Shown here piece after piece: positions 18,146-28,217 of a stretch of 64,000 nucleotides of DNA. Source of the DNA: a virus (Duplodnaviria > Caudoviricetes). The notes under the pieces are model-generated. The model was not told the DNA's origin, did not search any database, and saw nothing but the letters and a program-made list of their open reading frames with translations. The DNA lies in IMG/VR virus record IMGVR_UViG_3300038828_000048, positions 1 through 64,000 of that record; one strand, given 5' to 3'. A program made the position numbers and the translations under genes. Within the stretch, counting starts at the first letter, position 1. Each line of letters starts with the position of its first letter.

Positions 18146-18568
18146 TTACATTTCTAAATCTATATTAGTAACAAGATATTTATTTATATCATAATGTTTA
18201 TCTAAAGCTTCAAATATTTGTCTAAAAATTACTTGAAGTTGTATCGAAAATATATCTTTTTGACTACTTAATTCAAAATCTGATGGAAAATTTAAAACGA
18301 TATTTTTAATTATTCCAAAACAACCATCATCAACAACTCTAATAGCTGTTTTTATTGAATAATCATCTTTTATCAACACAGATTTGCCATTATAAAAATA
18401 TATAAAAAATTTAGTTGTAGCAAAATGACGTTGTTCAAATGTATTTTCTATATCATATATAATTTGATTTTCAATATTATCTTGTAAAAAACGAATATAT
18501 CTTTTAAGATGAAAATTTTTAAGTTCATATTCTATATATTCTGATTTAATGATTTCACTATTATTCAT
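18146..18568 (-). CDS. Hypothetical protein
   Basis: 140 aa ORF. Confidence 0.65.
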   Translation of the reverse strand: MNNSEIIKSEYIEYELKNFHLKRYIRFLQDNIENQIIYDIENTFEQRHFATTKFFIYFYNGKSVLIKDDYSIKTAIRVVDDGCFGIIKNIVLNFPSDFELSSQKDIFSIQLQVIFRQIFEALDKHYDINKYLVTNIDLEM

Positions 18569-18655
18569 GATTAAAATTGATAAAAAATATCCCCGTACCT
18601 ATAATTGATACGGGGATTTCATTCTCAGGAAAATCTATTAAAAAACATTTTACAT

Positions 18656-19297
18656 TTAATCTATATCTAGATCATCATCTTCTTCTACAATATCAGATAC
18701 AGATCCTAATTTTGGTATTGATGCTTGTATTTTCTTTATTTGCTCCATATCCTGTAGAGTATATTTCAGAATACATTCTGAATCATCACTCATTACTTGA
18801 AGAAATGGAGGGAATTTTGGAAGTGCAGGACGATTATCTTTATCAGCCATAAATTTAACATATAACAATCGATCATCTATTCTTTCATTTAAAAGTAATT
18901 GATACTTAGAGCTGAAATCTTTGAAAGATGTAGAGTTCCCCGTTACTTGAGTTAATTCTTCTACTGTAATATCAAATTTTGAAGCAATATGCTTCATCTT
19001 TGTATTAAAAGCTCTTTTTTCTTGCTCATAAGTTTCTTCTAACGAAGTTTTATGTCTCCAAGATTTCATTGCTTCTTTGTTTAAAGGCATAACCTGATCA
19101 ATAAAAGATTGAGTTACCCAATTCGTAAGATCTTTTTGATAATAAAATTTTAATGCTTCATACGCATTCCCACCTTTAGATGTACCACTATAGTACTCTA
19201 CCTTCTTTAATTTAACCCCAACTGCAATCTTACAAGAATCAAATCCAGTAAACTCTTGATCAGATAAGTTACTAAAATCACCATATTCATTTGACAT
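18656..19297 (-). CDS. Putative single-stranded DNA-binding protein
   Basis: Acidic tail (EEDDDLDID) and position between the AAA ATPase and the primase. Confidence 0.55.
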   Translation of the reverse strand: MSNEYGDFSNLSDQEFTGFDSCKIAVGVKLKKVEYYSGTSKGGNAYEALKFYYQKDLTNWVTQSFIDQVMPLNKEAMKSWRHKTSLEETYEQEKRAFNTKMKHIASKFDITVEELTQVTGNSTSFKDFSSKYQLLLNERIDDRLLYVKFMADKDNRPALPKFPPFLQVMSDDSECILKYTLQDMEQIKKIQASIPKLGSVSDIVEEDDDLDID

Positions 19298-19346
19298 ACA
19301 AAATTATTTAAATTGTTATTTATTAATTATTAATTTGTTTAACTTA

Positions 19347-20081
19347 TTATTTTTCTTTGATATAAATATCATCCCAATATGTAGTTACTATTTTAGTATC
19401 AGGATTCTTTTCTGATATTAAAAATTCTTCCCCACTCAAATGTTTCGATCTAGTATCAGCAATTTCATTATCAGCTATAAAACTAAGATAATTTTTATTC
19501 TTTTCTTTTCTATATAATAATCCTAATGCATCCACATCTGCTGCTAAAATATTCTTTAACTTACCCGTCATATCCAAACTCTCAAAGGTAAGATTCTCAC
19601 CTTCTTTTATAATATCTTTATCTAATGTATGCGCACTGATTATAAGATATTTACACAATGGTTTTAAAATCTCAATAAGCTTCTTTGATGCTTCACGTAT
19701 ATACACTTGACCTTTACCATAAGGAAGCACTTCTATATTCCAGGTTAAAGGTTGACCTTGATCTTCATCTTTATTATACTCTCGTACTGCCATTGCTCTA
19801 ATGATAGTATCTAATGCTTTAGTAAAAGTATCTAATACTATAAAATCAAATACAATACCATCTTCTCTAATCTCTTTCACTAATGATGCAAATACTTCAT
19901 AAGTTTTACATACAACAGCGTTACATTTAAAATATCCAGAACTACCATCCACATCAATAATAAGATGATTCGGTAATTGAGAATACAAAGTTGTCTTACC
20001 AATTTTTGGTTTAGAGTAGAAAATTGCTACTCTAGGATTAACAAGATCGGGTTCAGTAACCCCTTTGATCAATTTACCCAT
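19347..20081 (-). CDS. AAA_24 / Sak4-like ATPase
   Basis: YSKPKIGKTT, IIDVD, IVLDT and ISAH motifs. Confidence 0.8.
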   Translation of the reverse strand: MGKLIKGVTEPDLVNPRVAIFYSKPKIGKTTLYSQLPNHLIIDVDGSSGYFKCNAVVCKTYEVFASLVKEIREDGIVFDFIVLDTFTKALDTIIRAMAVREYNKDEDQGQPLTWNIEVLPYGKGQVYIREASKKLIEILKPLCKYLIISAHTLDKDIIKEGENLTFESLDMTGKLKNILAADVDALGLLYRKEKNKNYLSFIADNEIADTRSKHLSGEEFLISEKNPDTKIVTTYWDDIYIKEK

Positions 20082-20085
20082 TTAT

Positions 20086-20778
20086 TTACTTTTTTGAATT
20101 TAAAATTAAAATATCCAACCATTCTGATCCACTATCTGGTACTTTTAATAAAATACAAGCCATTTGTCGTTTAGTAAAATTACTGGCTAGTTTCTCCATA
20201 TCATATACTTCTTTGGAAATCATACCTACTGATGAAATATTTTCATCTAAATCTTTATCTATAGCTTTAATTTTATCCTTGTTTTCTTGTTTTTTACTTA
20301 TCTTATCTACTTTCTTATTTATAGTATCTACACTATCTTCTTTATTACTAATATCCTCACCTTCACCGATTACAATATCATTTAAACTTACAGGATATTG
20401 TGCATTATTATTTATTTGTCCAAAAGTACTAGATATTCTATGCTTTAACTCTATAGCTGTATTTTTTGATATATATGCAATAGAATAATTTGTAAAATCA
20501 TATATATAACCATATTTATTATTCATTACACCTTTAGTCCATGTATTAGGAATAAGAACAAACATACCTGTTGTAACAGCTTTTGATATTTTATCACCCC
20601 AAATGTTGATAGTATTATTTCTTAATCTAACACATACTATAAACGGTATATTTATATTTCCATTATTCGGAAGGAATAACTTATGTTTATAATAATAATT
20701 AGTTATCAAGCTCTGCGCAATATCAAAAGTAATATTATCGATTTTGGAAATATCTATATTCTCTATATTATCTTGCAT
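20086..20778 (-). CDS. Hypothetical protein (C-terminal ACILLKVPDSGSEWLD motif)
   Basis: ORF; ATG at 20778 preferred. Confidence 0.7.
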   Translation of the reverse strand: MQDNIENIDISKIDNITFDIAQSLITNYYYKHKLFLPNNGNINIPFIVCVRLRNNTINIWGDKISKAVTTGMFVLIPNTWTKGVMNNKYGYIYDFTNYSIAYISKNTAIELKHRISSTFGQINNNAQYPVSLNDIVIGEGEDISNKEDSVDTINKKVDKISKKQENKDKIKAIDKDLDENISSVGMISKEVYDMEKLASNFTKRQMACILLKVPDSGSEWLDILILNSKK

Positions 20779-20788
20779 ATTTAATAAT

Positions 20789-21289
20789 TTAAAATGGTAA
20801 TTCTTGATATTGATGTCCAATTAAAACAGAGTGTTTTAAGCTATCATCATATAAATCACTATCCTTAAATGAATTTAATAAAATTGATTCTGCTATAGGA
20901 TATGTAGATTTGTTAAAAAATAAATCTATTACTTTATCAGGAACATCTATTATTATTTGTGGCTCTAAAATATCAACATATTTACTTATTTTTATATGAC
21001 TTGTAACTTTTCTATTATTAATAACAACATATTCATCATCAAGCGATAATAATGTTAAATACCAGTTTGAATAAATTAATAATGGTTGATCTTGATCAGC
21101 ACTAAATCTTTTTTGAATAAATGTAGCTATAAATTTTACTTTCGATGATACTTTACTAATTTTAGCTATTAATTTTTTAGCAATTATATCTATAGTTTCA
21201 TTTTTTATTTCTTCAACCATATTAGCAAAATCTGGATCTCTTAGATATAATGCTGTACCATATTCTACTATGTCATCTTTATTTACCAT
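20789..21289 (-). CDS. Hypothetical protein
   Basis: 166 aa ORF. Confidence 0.7.
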   Translation of the reverse strand: MVNKDDIVEYGTALYLRDPDFANMVEEIKNETIDIIAKKLIAKISKVSSKVKFIATFIQKRFSADQDQPLLIYSNWYLTLLSLDDEYVVINNRKVTSHIKISKYVDILEPQIIIDVPDKVIDLFFNKSTYPIAESILLNSFKDSDLYDDSLKHSVLIGHQYQELPF

Positions 21290-21300
21290 AATACGATAAT

Positions 21301-22254
21301 TTACACATTATATTTTTTAAAAAAATTTTCTCTACCTTTAATTGAAAATTCTTCCAAAGAATTTATTTCCAATCTATCTATTAAAGGATCTAATCCAGGT
21401 ACACCATCTCTAGCTTTAATTGTATGAATATAAAATAACCTAACTTCACCTTTAGTTTTAGATTCTATTTTAAAAGGTAAATTATTAGGTCCATAACTAT
21501 CACTTGGTAAATTTAATGCAGAAGGGTTAACAATTGCTAAAACATTATTAGCTACATGATAAAGATATTTAGAACCAAATATATCAGTTTGATTAGGATA
21601 ATGACCACCCTTATACACCATCCTTTTAGGATCTAACATTGAATTATTAAGCTGAGAAATTAAAAAGAATACTCTATCATAATTTTTCTTCTCAATATTA
21701 ACTAGTTGACTCAATGCAATTAAAGTATCATTTTCACTATCTCCTTGTCGTCCAGATACAAGCAAAGTATGATCAAAAAAAATATGAACTCTTTCTAAAG
21801 GATGTTTTTCACTATATTTTTGAAGTACATTAGCTATTACTGTTACATCAATAGGCACTTCTATTATATCAAATGGTATATTTTTAAATTTATCAAAATT
21901 AGATTTATCAACCAAACCATTACTATATAATTGATTAAGAGATAAGTTCAAATCTTTACCTACTAATTTAGCAGCTATTTTTCTCCCAGGAACTTCAAAA
22001 GATAAATATAAACATCTTGTATTTTTATTTAATGTAGCAAGATTATATGCTAATTGAATAGCTAATGTGCTCTTACCTACTCCACTCAATCCTGCTAACA
22101 GAATAACATCTTCTTTATTAGTACCTTTTAACAAACGATCATTAAGAAATCTAAAACCAGTATCGCATGGGATTATCTCATTATTATATATCTTCTGTTG
22201 ATACAAATATTCTTCATTAGCTACTGAATTTAAACTTCTTAATTTAGCCATCAC
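21301..22254 (-). CDS. dnaB: DnaB-like replicative helicase (C-terminal domain only)
   Basis: AGLSGVGKS, LSFE, FFDH, ISQLN and KARDG motifs. Confidence 0.85.
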   Translation of the reverse strand: MMAKLRSLNSVANEEYLYQQKIYNNEIIPCDTGFRFLNDRLLKGTNKEDVILLAGLSGVGKSTLAIQLAYNLATLNKNTRCLYLSFEVPGRKIAAKLVGKDLNLSLNQLYSNGLVDKSNFDKFKNIPFDIIEVPIDVTVIANVLQKYSEKHPLERVHIFFDHTLLVSGRQGDSENDTLIALSQLVNIEKKNYDRVFFLISQLNNSMLDPKRMVYKGGHYPNQTDIFGSKYLYHVANNVLAIVNPSALNLPSDSYGPNNLPFKIESKTKGEVRLFYIHTIKARDGVPGLDPLIDRLEINSLEEFSIKGRENFFKKYNV

Positions 22255-22669
22255 TACTATTTAATTGATTAATTTTATCGCTACAAATACGAATTACATC
22301 TTTACATCTATCTTCGTCAAACATACCTATATGAGTTTCATTCAAAGGTAGATTTAATTGCAAAGATAACCATAAATAAGATTTATTTCTTCTCGAAAGA
22401 TCTGATTTTTTTTTATAAATCTGATCTATTAATTTTTCCTTATAAAACCTATCAAAATATGAATGAGCTTTTTTTCTCAAATCTCTAAGGATTCTATTAG
22501 CAAGTGTACCCAAAGGTATATTAGTTCCTTTGTGTACACCACAATAAGCATTACAATCTTCACATAAATAAAGCATTCCATAATCTTTACCATAGATTAT
22601 AGAACTATTTACATACTTTGATTCTTTATTACAATAAGGGCAAATCGGATTAATAATTTTATTATCCAT
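22244..22669 (-). CDS. DUF3268 zinc-finger protein
   Basis: CPYC...YLCEDCNAYCGVHKGT..PLGTLA...AHSYFD...THIGMF. Confidence 0.8.
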   Translation of the reverse strand: MDNKIINPICPYCNKESKYVNSSIIYGKDYGMLYLCEDCNAYCGVHKGTNIPLGTLANRILRDLRKKAHSYFDRFYKEKLIDQIYKKKSDLSRRNKSYLWLSLQLNLPLNETHIGMFDEDRCKDVIRICSDKINQLNSSDG

Positions 22670-22676
22670 AATTATC

Positions 22677-22967
22677 CTATAATTTAGCAAAACTATTAGC
22701 TCTACTTGTTTCTAATTTTAATAGATAAGAATCTATAATCTCTTGTTTTGATTTTGTTAGTAATAACTCTGGATTAACAAATATAGATGTTGCTCTATCT
22801 ATAGATATTTCAACTTTATGTTTATTCTTTGATTGTATAGATTGTAATAAACCCCCTTTTATATCCTTATTTTCTCTAATTGATTCTAGAGAACCAACTG
22901 GTCCTTTTTTTTGAATAATATTACCAGCTTTTAATTTATTTTCTTTATTTCTATCACTACTACTCAT
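22677..22967 (-). CDS. Hypothetical protein
   Basis: 96 aa ORF. Confidence 0.65.
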   Translation of the reverse strand: MSSSDRNKENKLKAGNIIQKKGPVGSLESIRENKDIKGGLLQSIQSKNKHKVEISIDRATSIFVNPELLLTKSKQEIIDSYLLKLETSRANSFAKL

Positions 22968-23000
22968 ACATGTTATATTTTTTAATTATTAAAATTGTTA

Positions 23001-23264
23001 TCACTTACCAAAATATTCTTGTTGAGTTTCCAGATTTGCATCTCTAAAATCTGTCGATGGATAATCTGGTAAATCACTAGACATTTGTTTTAAAATATTT
23101 ACTTTTTGATGCTCTATCTTATTCTGCGCATACTGCGGAGGTAAACCTGTTAATTCAGAAATAATTTTTGTTCCATTACAAGTTGAGCAAACATCAAAAG
23201 ATGCGAGTAATGAAGTATTATGTATTTTACCAGTACCATTACAAATTGGACATTTTTGCCACAT
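23001..23264 (-). CDS. DnaJ-type zinc-finger small protein
   Basis: CPICNGTG and CSTCNGTK repeats. Confidence 0.75.
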   Translation of the reverse strand: MWQKCPICNGTGKIHNTSLLASFDVCSTCNGTKIISELTGLPPQYAQNKIEHQKVNILKQMSSDLPDYPSTDFRDANLETQQEYFGK

Positions 23265-23310
23265 ATTTTATACCATTTATTTGTTAAAAAAAATTATAAA
23301 ATTCACAATA

Positions 23311-23817
23311 TTAATCTTCAATGGACGTTAGATCACTACTATATGTATTCTTTTCACTATACTTATCAATTAATGTTAGAATAGGAATTTTCTCCCCACC
23401 AACATCTCTTTTATAAAATATATTATCCAAATCATATAATATATTTTGTTTAGAAGAATATATTAATTCTTCAGAATATAATTTTATAATATTAAAAATA
23501 ATATCTGGAGTATATTGCGGATAATTAGTTAAAAATCTATTTAATTTAGATTTAATTATATCCTTTGTACCTTTTCTATCAGAGTTTTGAGGATATAAAT
23601 CTCTTAGTTTAACAATAAAGTCATCATCTATTGGATCAGTATCAATAATATCTTTATATTCTTTAGAAACAGATAAATTATCAAATTTATTAATAATAGA
23701 TTTGATAGATTTATTTTTAGGAGATCTTCTATAAGTACATATCTTATTTTCTATCAAAATTCCACATAATTGAGGTTCTATCAACCTCGCTAATTGCGCT
23801 ATTTGCTTGTCGGTCAT
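23311..23817 (-). CDS. Hypothetical replication-region protein
   Basis: 168 aa ORF coupled to the helicase. Confidence 0.7.
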   Translation of the reverse strand: MTDKQIAQLARLIEPQLCGILIENKICTYRRSPKNKSIKSIINKFDNLSVSKEYKDIIDTDPIDDDFIVKLRDLYPQNSDRKGTKDIIKSKLNRFLTNYPQYTPDIIFNIIKLYSEELIYSSKQNILYDLDNIFYKRDVGGEKIPILTLIDKYSEKNTYSSDLTSIED

Positions 23818-25097
23818 ATGATTTTAATTTTATTTGAATCGAGATTTATAAGAGCTTCTTTTATCCATCCTAATTCAATAGAATTTGTATATGGAATATA
23901 TACATTAAGTGGATTTTCAGAATCTTTTACCAAACCTCTTGATAATTTTTGAGTAATGTTAGTATTACTACTATTTACTGATAATATAATACAAGTATCT
24001 ATATTATGGAAATTAAATCCTGTAGCAGCTTTTTCTATCAAAACAATATGATTAATCTTATTTAATTGAAAATCTTCTAAAGATTGCTTATCTGTTTTAG
24101 AATTATAATTGTTTTTTGATATCTTATTAGAAACATCTGTATTACTTGCGAATATTAAAATTCTTTTATCAGGATTGTTTACAATAAAATTTTGTGCAAA
24201 CTTTATCTTTGTATCAAATGAATTAGATGTCTGCATTAAGGAAAAAGATATTTTTTTTTTCTTTTCCCATAATGGTTTTGATAAATCAACTAAAACTCTA
24301 TTTCTTTGATATAAATTTCTTAAAAGTAATTGATTTTTTTCATCTTCATCTTCATATGCTTTATATGAATTTATTTGCTCTTGAATAGTTTTTCTTTCAG
24401 TATTATAAGGAAGTAATTCTGTATTAATATCAGATAATTTATTGATGTAATTATCAACCATACTTTGTTCCGATAGATAAAAAGTTGCGGGTTTATTGGT
24501 TACTTTATTATGATATTCAATTTTAATATTCTTTTCTGTAGATAACCCTAAATTATTCACAATTATATTATAATCAGAAATAATATCGTCATCAACAGCT
24601 TCAGAAAATGAATATAAAAATATAATATTATCTAACCCAATATCTTTAAGATACTGTTGTTTTTCTAATTTATTTGGATATGTACCAGTTAAACCTATAA
24701 TTCTACTATTATATCCAAACGATGTAAGATACTCACTAATATGTTGGGTAATAGTATGACACTCATTATATATAATTAAATCATATATACTAATATCTGT
24801 TTTAAACAATCTAGTTGATTTATATATAATTTTATCTATATTAGATAATAAATGTTCACATTCCCAATACTTAAATTCAGCATCTAATTGATGATCTTGT
24901 TCATCTTTATCATAACACAACCATAAAACTTTTAAATTAGGATTTTTTAAAACTAAATGATTTATGTATGAGATCATTACAGACGTTTTCCCAGATCTTG
25001 GGGATTTTAGGATAGTTCCATTAGAATTTGAAATTTTTAAAGCATCAGACGCTTCTTTCGCACTTTCTCGTAAATCAATATCAATATTCATAAACAC
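23814..25097 (-). CDS. SF2 helicase with atypical Walker B (NECH)
   Basis: PRSGKT, IYNECH, GLTGT, GFN and QKLSRG motifs. Confidence 0.8.
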   Translation of the reverse strand: MFMNIDIDLRESAKEASDALKISNSNGTILKSPRSGKTSVMISYINHLVLKNPNLKVLWLCYDKDEQDHQLDAEFKYWECEHLLSNIDKIIYKSTRLFKTDISIYDLIIYNECHTITQHISEYLTSFGYNSRIIGLTGTYPNKLEKQQYLKDIGLDNIIFLYSFSEAVDDDIISDYNIIVNNLGLSTEKNIKIEYHNKVTNKPATFYLSEQSMVDNYINKLSDINTELLPYNTERKTIQEQINSYKAYEDEDEKNQLLLRNLYQRNRVLVDLSKPLWEKKKKISFSLMQTSNSFDTKIKFAQNFIVNNPDKRILIFASNTDVSNKISKNNYNSKTDKQSLEDFQLNKINHIVLIEKAATGFNFHNIDTCIILSVNSSNTNITQKLSRGLVKDSENPLNVYIPYTNSIELGWIKEALINLDSNKIKII

Positions 25098-25111
25098 TTA
25101 TTAAACTTATT

Positions 25112-25144
25112 AAAAAAAAGTAGGTGAGATTTGTCTCACCTACT
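25112..25144 (-). terminator. Intrinsic terminator
   Basis: AGTAGGTGAGA/TCTCACCTACT stem next to an A-run. Confidence 0.7.
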
Positions 25145-25165
25145 ATACACATACATCCATTATCA

Positions 25166-25852
25166 CTAAATCCTCACTTTCAATATTCTATTTTTTGTAT
25201 TAGCATGAAGGAATATTTCAATTTTATCACATATTCTATCAGATACAGGTTTTCTATTAAAATAATTACCCAATACCATTGCACTTACACCAATTTCCTT
25301 AGCTATTTCAGCTAAAGTATTTAACGAATATACAACAGAAGCTTTTGGATTAATGATTTTATTTGCTTCTTTTAAAACAGCTTCTAATTCACTATGTGTT
25401 AAATCCGATACCTTTTGTTTCATACCAAGATTTTTCATAGATTTAGCAATCATTTGTTTTTCAATCCTAATCCATCTAGTTGAATCACTTTCTTTTAACT
25501 CCTTAGTATTTTTAGGTTTAGCAATAACTTTAGGTTTAACTAAACTTATATCAACATTATCTGGATGCTCAGAACCTAAATCTTTAGATACAATAATTGT
25601 TTTACCTATATTTGGTCGATCTACATATTCCGCTGCTACAAGACGAGCAGTAGCATCATCTACATCTACAGGAATATATGGATCATAATTATCATCCAAC
25701 TCATCAGTAGTATCTTTTTTATTAATTGTATTAACTCCTAATACAATTGCAGCAAGAAAAACAATAATAATAATTATTACTCCAATAGATGTAAGACTTG
25801 GGTTGTTTAAATTAAATGTTAATAACCCCAGAATAAAATTTAAAATACTCAT
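25166..25852 (-). CDS. Membrane-anchored protein with C-terminal HTH-like segment
   Basis: N-terminal hydrophobic helix; TLAEIAKEIGVSAMVLGNYFN. Confidence 0.65.
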   Translation of the reverse strand: MSILNFILGLLTFNLNNPSLTSIGVIIIIIVFLAAIVLGVNTINKKDTTDELDDNYDPYIPVDVDDATARLVAAEYVDRPNIGKTIIVSKDLGSEHPDNVDISLVKPKVIAKPKNTKELKESDSTRWIRIEKQMIAKSMKNLGMKQKVSDLTHSELEAVLKEANKIINPKASVVYSLNTLAEIAKEIGVSAMVLGNYFNRKPVSDRICDKIEIFLHANTKNRILKVRI

Positions 25853-25922
25853 AATATTGATGTTTTTGATTAAATGAAAAAAAAAATGATTAAAATTATT
25901 AAATTTACTATTAAATCTATTA

Positions 25923-26960
25923 TTAAATTATTTCAAAATCTGATTCATCTAAATCAATTATTTTAGAAACAATTTCTTTTGCTTTATTTATATAAAATTC
26001 TCTATTGATATCGGAATATCTATGTGTACACATTTTCTTACCAGTTTTACCATAATAAAATGAAACAGAATTGTTTTCTTTCATCGGATAAAACTCAGGG
26101 TTTCCTATCTTATTAATGATAGTTATAGGATCATTTGCTTCCAAAGATGTAAACTTCAATCCTTGAACAGAATTTTCATACCAAAGTTTAGTAAGAGTTA
26201 CACCCTGGTTAGATATATAATATCTAATGACCCTTTGATCTATAATTTTATTTCTAATAATCTTTAACTTCTCATCAAACTCTTGTTTGTTGAATACAAA
26301 TTTATACCTACCTGTAAGTTCAGTATTATTAGATAATGGATCATAATCATTAGGATCAGTTTCTATATGTTCCATAAAAGTAAATGATGATGTCAACTCA
26401 CCCATTTCATCTACAATATCATCTAATGAAACAGATTCTCCATCAACCATTTCGTTAATGAATAGATCAAAAGTACTTCCACCTTTTGCAGCAATACAAA
26501 AATCAAATATATTATTACTACAATATATTGTTTCTTCTATAGAAATTCCATTGATAAAATATTCATACAATGCTTTTGCGATAATCTTCATAGATGTATC
26601 TTTATGATATTCACTATGTGAAACTATCGTTTCGTATCTTGTAAAACATCCTTTTTCTTTAATCTTTCCTTTTTTAGTTTTCAACAAATAATTATTAACA
26701 TCAAGAGCATAAAAAGTATCAACATCTTCATACTCTAATGGAATATTTATTTGTTTAGCAAAATCAAATAATATGTTTGATATTTTATCTAATTCTTCCT
26801 TTTTACAACGAATCATAAAACCATCAGTATTTTGATATAATACTTCTACACCATTAAGGAAACATAACTCACTCATTTTTGTAATTAAAAGAATACCATT
26901 AATACATACCCCTAATTGTCCTTTTTGATCTAATAATGGTCCATAATCAGAACCTAATAA
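25923..26960 (-). CDS. polB: Family B DNA polymerase, exon 2
   Basis: Frame resumes LLGSDYGPLLD..CING in frame with the listed ORF at 26876; motif C YQNTDG; VNNY; KG. Confidence 0.88.
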   Translation of the reverse strand, partial: LLGSDYGPLLDQKGQLGVCINGILLITKMSELCFLNGVEVLYQNTDGFMIRCKKEELDKISNILFDFAKQINIPLEYEDVDTFYALDVNNYLLKTKKGKIKEKGCFTRYETIVSHSEYHKDTSMKIIAKALYEYFINGISIEETIYCSNNIFDFCIAAKGGSTFDLFINEMVDGESVSLDDIVDEMGELTSSFTFMEHIETDPNDYDPLSNNTELTGRYKFVFNKQEFDEKLKIIRNKIIDQRVIRYYISNQGVTLTKLWYENSVQGLKFTSLEANDPITIINKIGNPEFYPMKENNSVSFYYGKTGKKMCTHRYSDINREFYINKAKEIVSKIIDLDESDFEII

Positions 26961-27246
26961 CGATTTGTTACCTTACAAGCTCTTTATCTTGTAATTCTAC
27001 ACTTTCTATTTTAGATTATATGTGTAGTCCAGACTATATCATCATCTTCATAATTTCTTATGATAAGATGTTCCGCACTCGTGGAATTTTACTTTCTTCA
27101 GCATTATCTGGTAAGAATCCATATTCTAGTCGTTGCACTTTCAATATATTTCTATATTGTTTAGCTCAGGATTGTCTATCTCTAGAGTTTCCCTGAATTC
27201 ACGGAATTCTAATATTATATTTCTATAACAAAGGGCTTACAATAAA

Positions 27247-28143
27247 TTATAAGCTTAAATTAATTACAGGTATTTTTGAATTTTCATATCTAAATTGCAA
27301 ACCTTTATAATGTGTTGATAATTTTTTACAATTATTTGTTACATTTATTTTACTTAAATAGTAAAATGGTTTACCATTTCTTCCACTTTTATTTCTAAGA
27401 ACAAGCGGAAAAAAATCTTTATTTATTAAAGAAAACTCTTCTATATCTGTTGCACTTCTAAACGTTTTAAGATAATTACCATTATAATCATAAACTAATA
27501 TATTAGGAGTTCTATTTTCTCTCGAATTAATAGACTGCTCTTTATATTTTTTATTAGTTTTTTCGGATAATGTTTTTTTATTACCTTTTAAAAATGACCA
27601 ATCGTAACCATTAGCAATAGTTTTACCTTTTGCCCAATGATTTTCTCTTTTATCTAAATAAGCTTTAACTATTTTAACATATTTTTTAGGTATGTTTTCA
27701 ATACTTATCATATTATTTAAATATTGTTCATAATATTGATGAGCTATAGTATTAGTTTTTACTAATGTTTTTGCTCTACGTTTATAAGTTTCTTTATCAA
27801 ATTGAGTACTACCAGTAGCTTTACAATTAATATTATATGATTTAGATTTTTTATGAGCTTCATATAAATCTAGATAATATTGTTCACGAATTAATATTAA
27901 ACCAATATCATTTATTATTTCTAATATATGAAATTCAAAATATTCTAACCCATATTTATTAACTGCATTTTGTAAATAGATGTTTTTATGACAATTATTC
28001 TTGAGAGATTTATAATGCTCTGAATATCTATCGTTAAAACTTCTAGTCGTACTACCTATGTATATTTTTTTTCTACATAAGCATTTGATAATATACACTC
28101 CTTTTAAATGTATATTTTTTATATCTTCTTTTTGTATATTCAT
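27247..28143 (-). CDS. GIY-YIG homing endonuclease with C-terminal NUMOD1-like domain
   Basis: GVYIIKC...IYIGST, REQYYLD...YN, VYDYNGNYLKTFRSA. Confidence 0.88.
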   Translation of the reverse strand: MNIQKEDIKNIHLKGVYIIKCLCRKKIYIGSTTRSFNDRYSEHYKSLKNNCHKNIYLQNAVNKYGLEYFEFHILEIINDIGLILIREQYYLDLYEAHKKSKSYNINCKATGSTQFDKETYKRRAKTLVKTNTIAHQYYEQYLNNMISIENIPKKYVKIVKAYLDKRENHWAKGKTIANGYDWSFLKGNKKTLSEKTNKKYKEQSINSRENRTPNILVYDYNGNYLKTFRSATDIEEFSLINKDFFPLVLRNKSGRNGKPFYYLSKINVTNNCKKLSTHYKGLQFRYENSKIPVINLSL

Positions 28144-28147
28144 ACCA

Positions 28148-28155
28148 CAAAGATA
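28148..28155 (-). promoter_or_regulatory. TAnnTTTG (TATCTTTG) promoter inside the intron
   Basis: Ends 4 nt before the endonuclease ATG at 28143. Confidence 0.55.
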
Positions 28156-28217
28156 TAAAATAATAATTAATTTAACCTCTAATTTAAGGAAAAATGAAAA
28201 ATTTTTCATTTTAATCC

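Larger units (their letters stand above)
26961..28217 (-). mobile_element. Group I intron in polB carrying a homing endonuclease
   Basis: Exon ends in U (TATGGT), intron ends in G (AAATCG); P GAATTCAGGGAA, Q AATCCTGAGC, R GCAACGACTAG, S GATATAGTCT; splicing restores motif B NLCYG|LLG. Confidence 0.88.
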
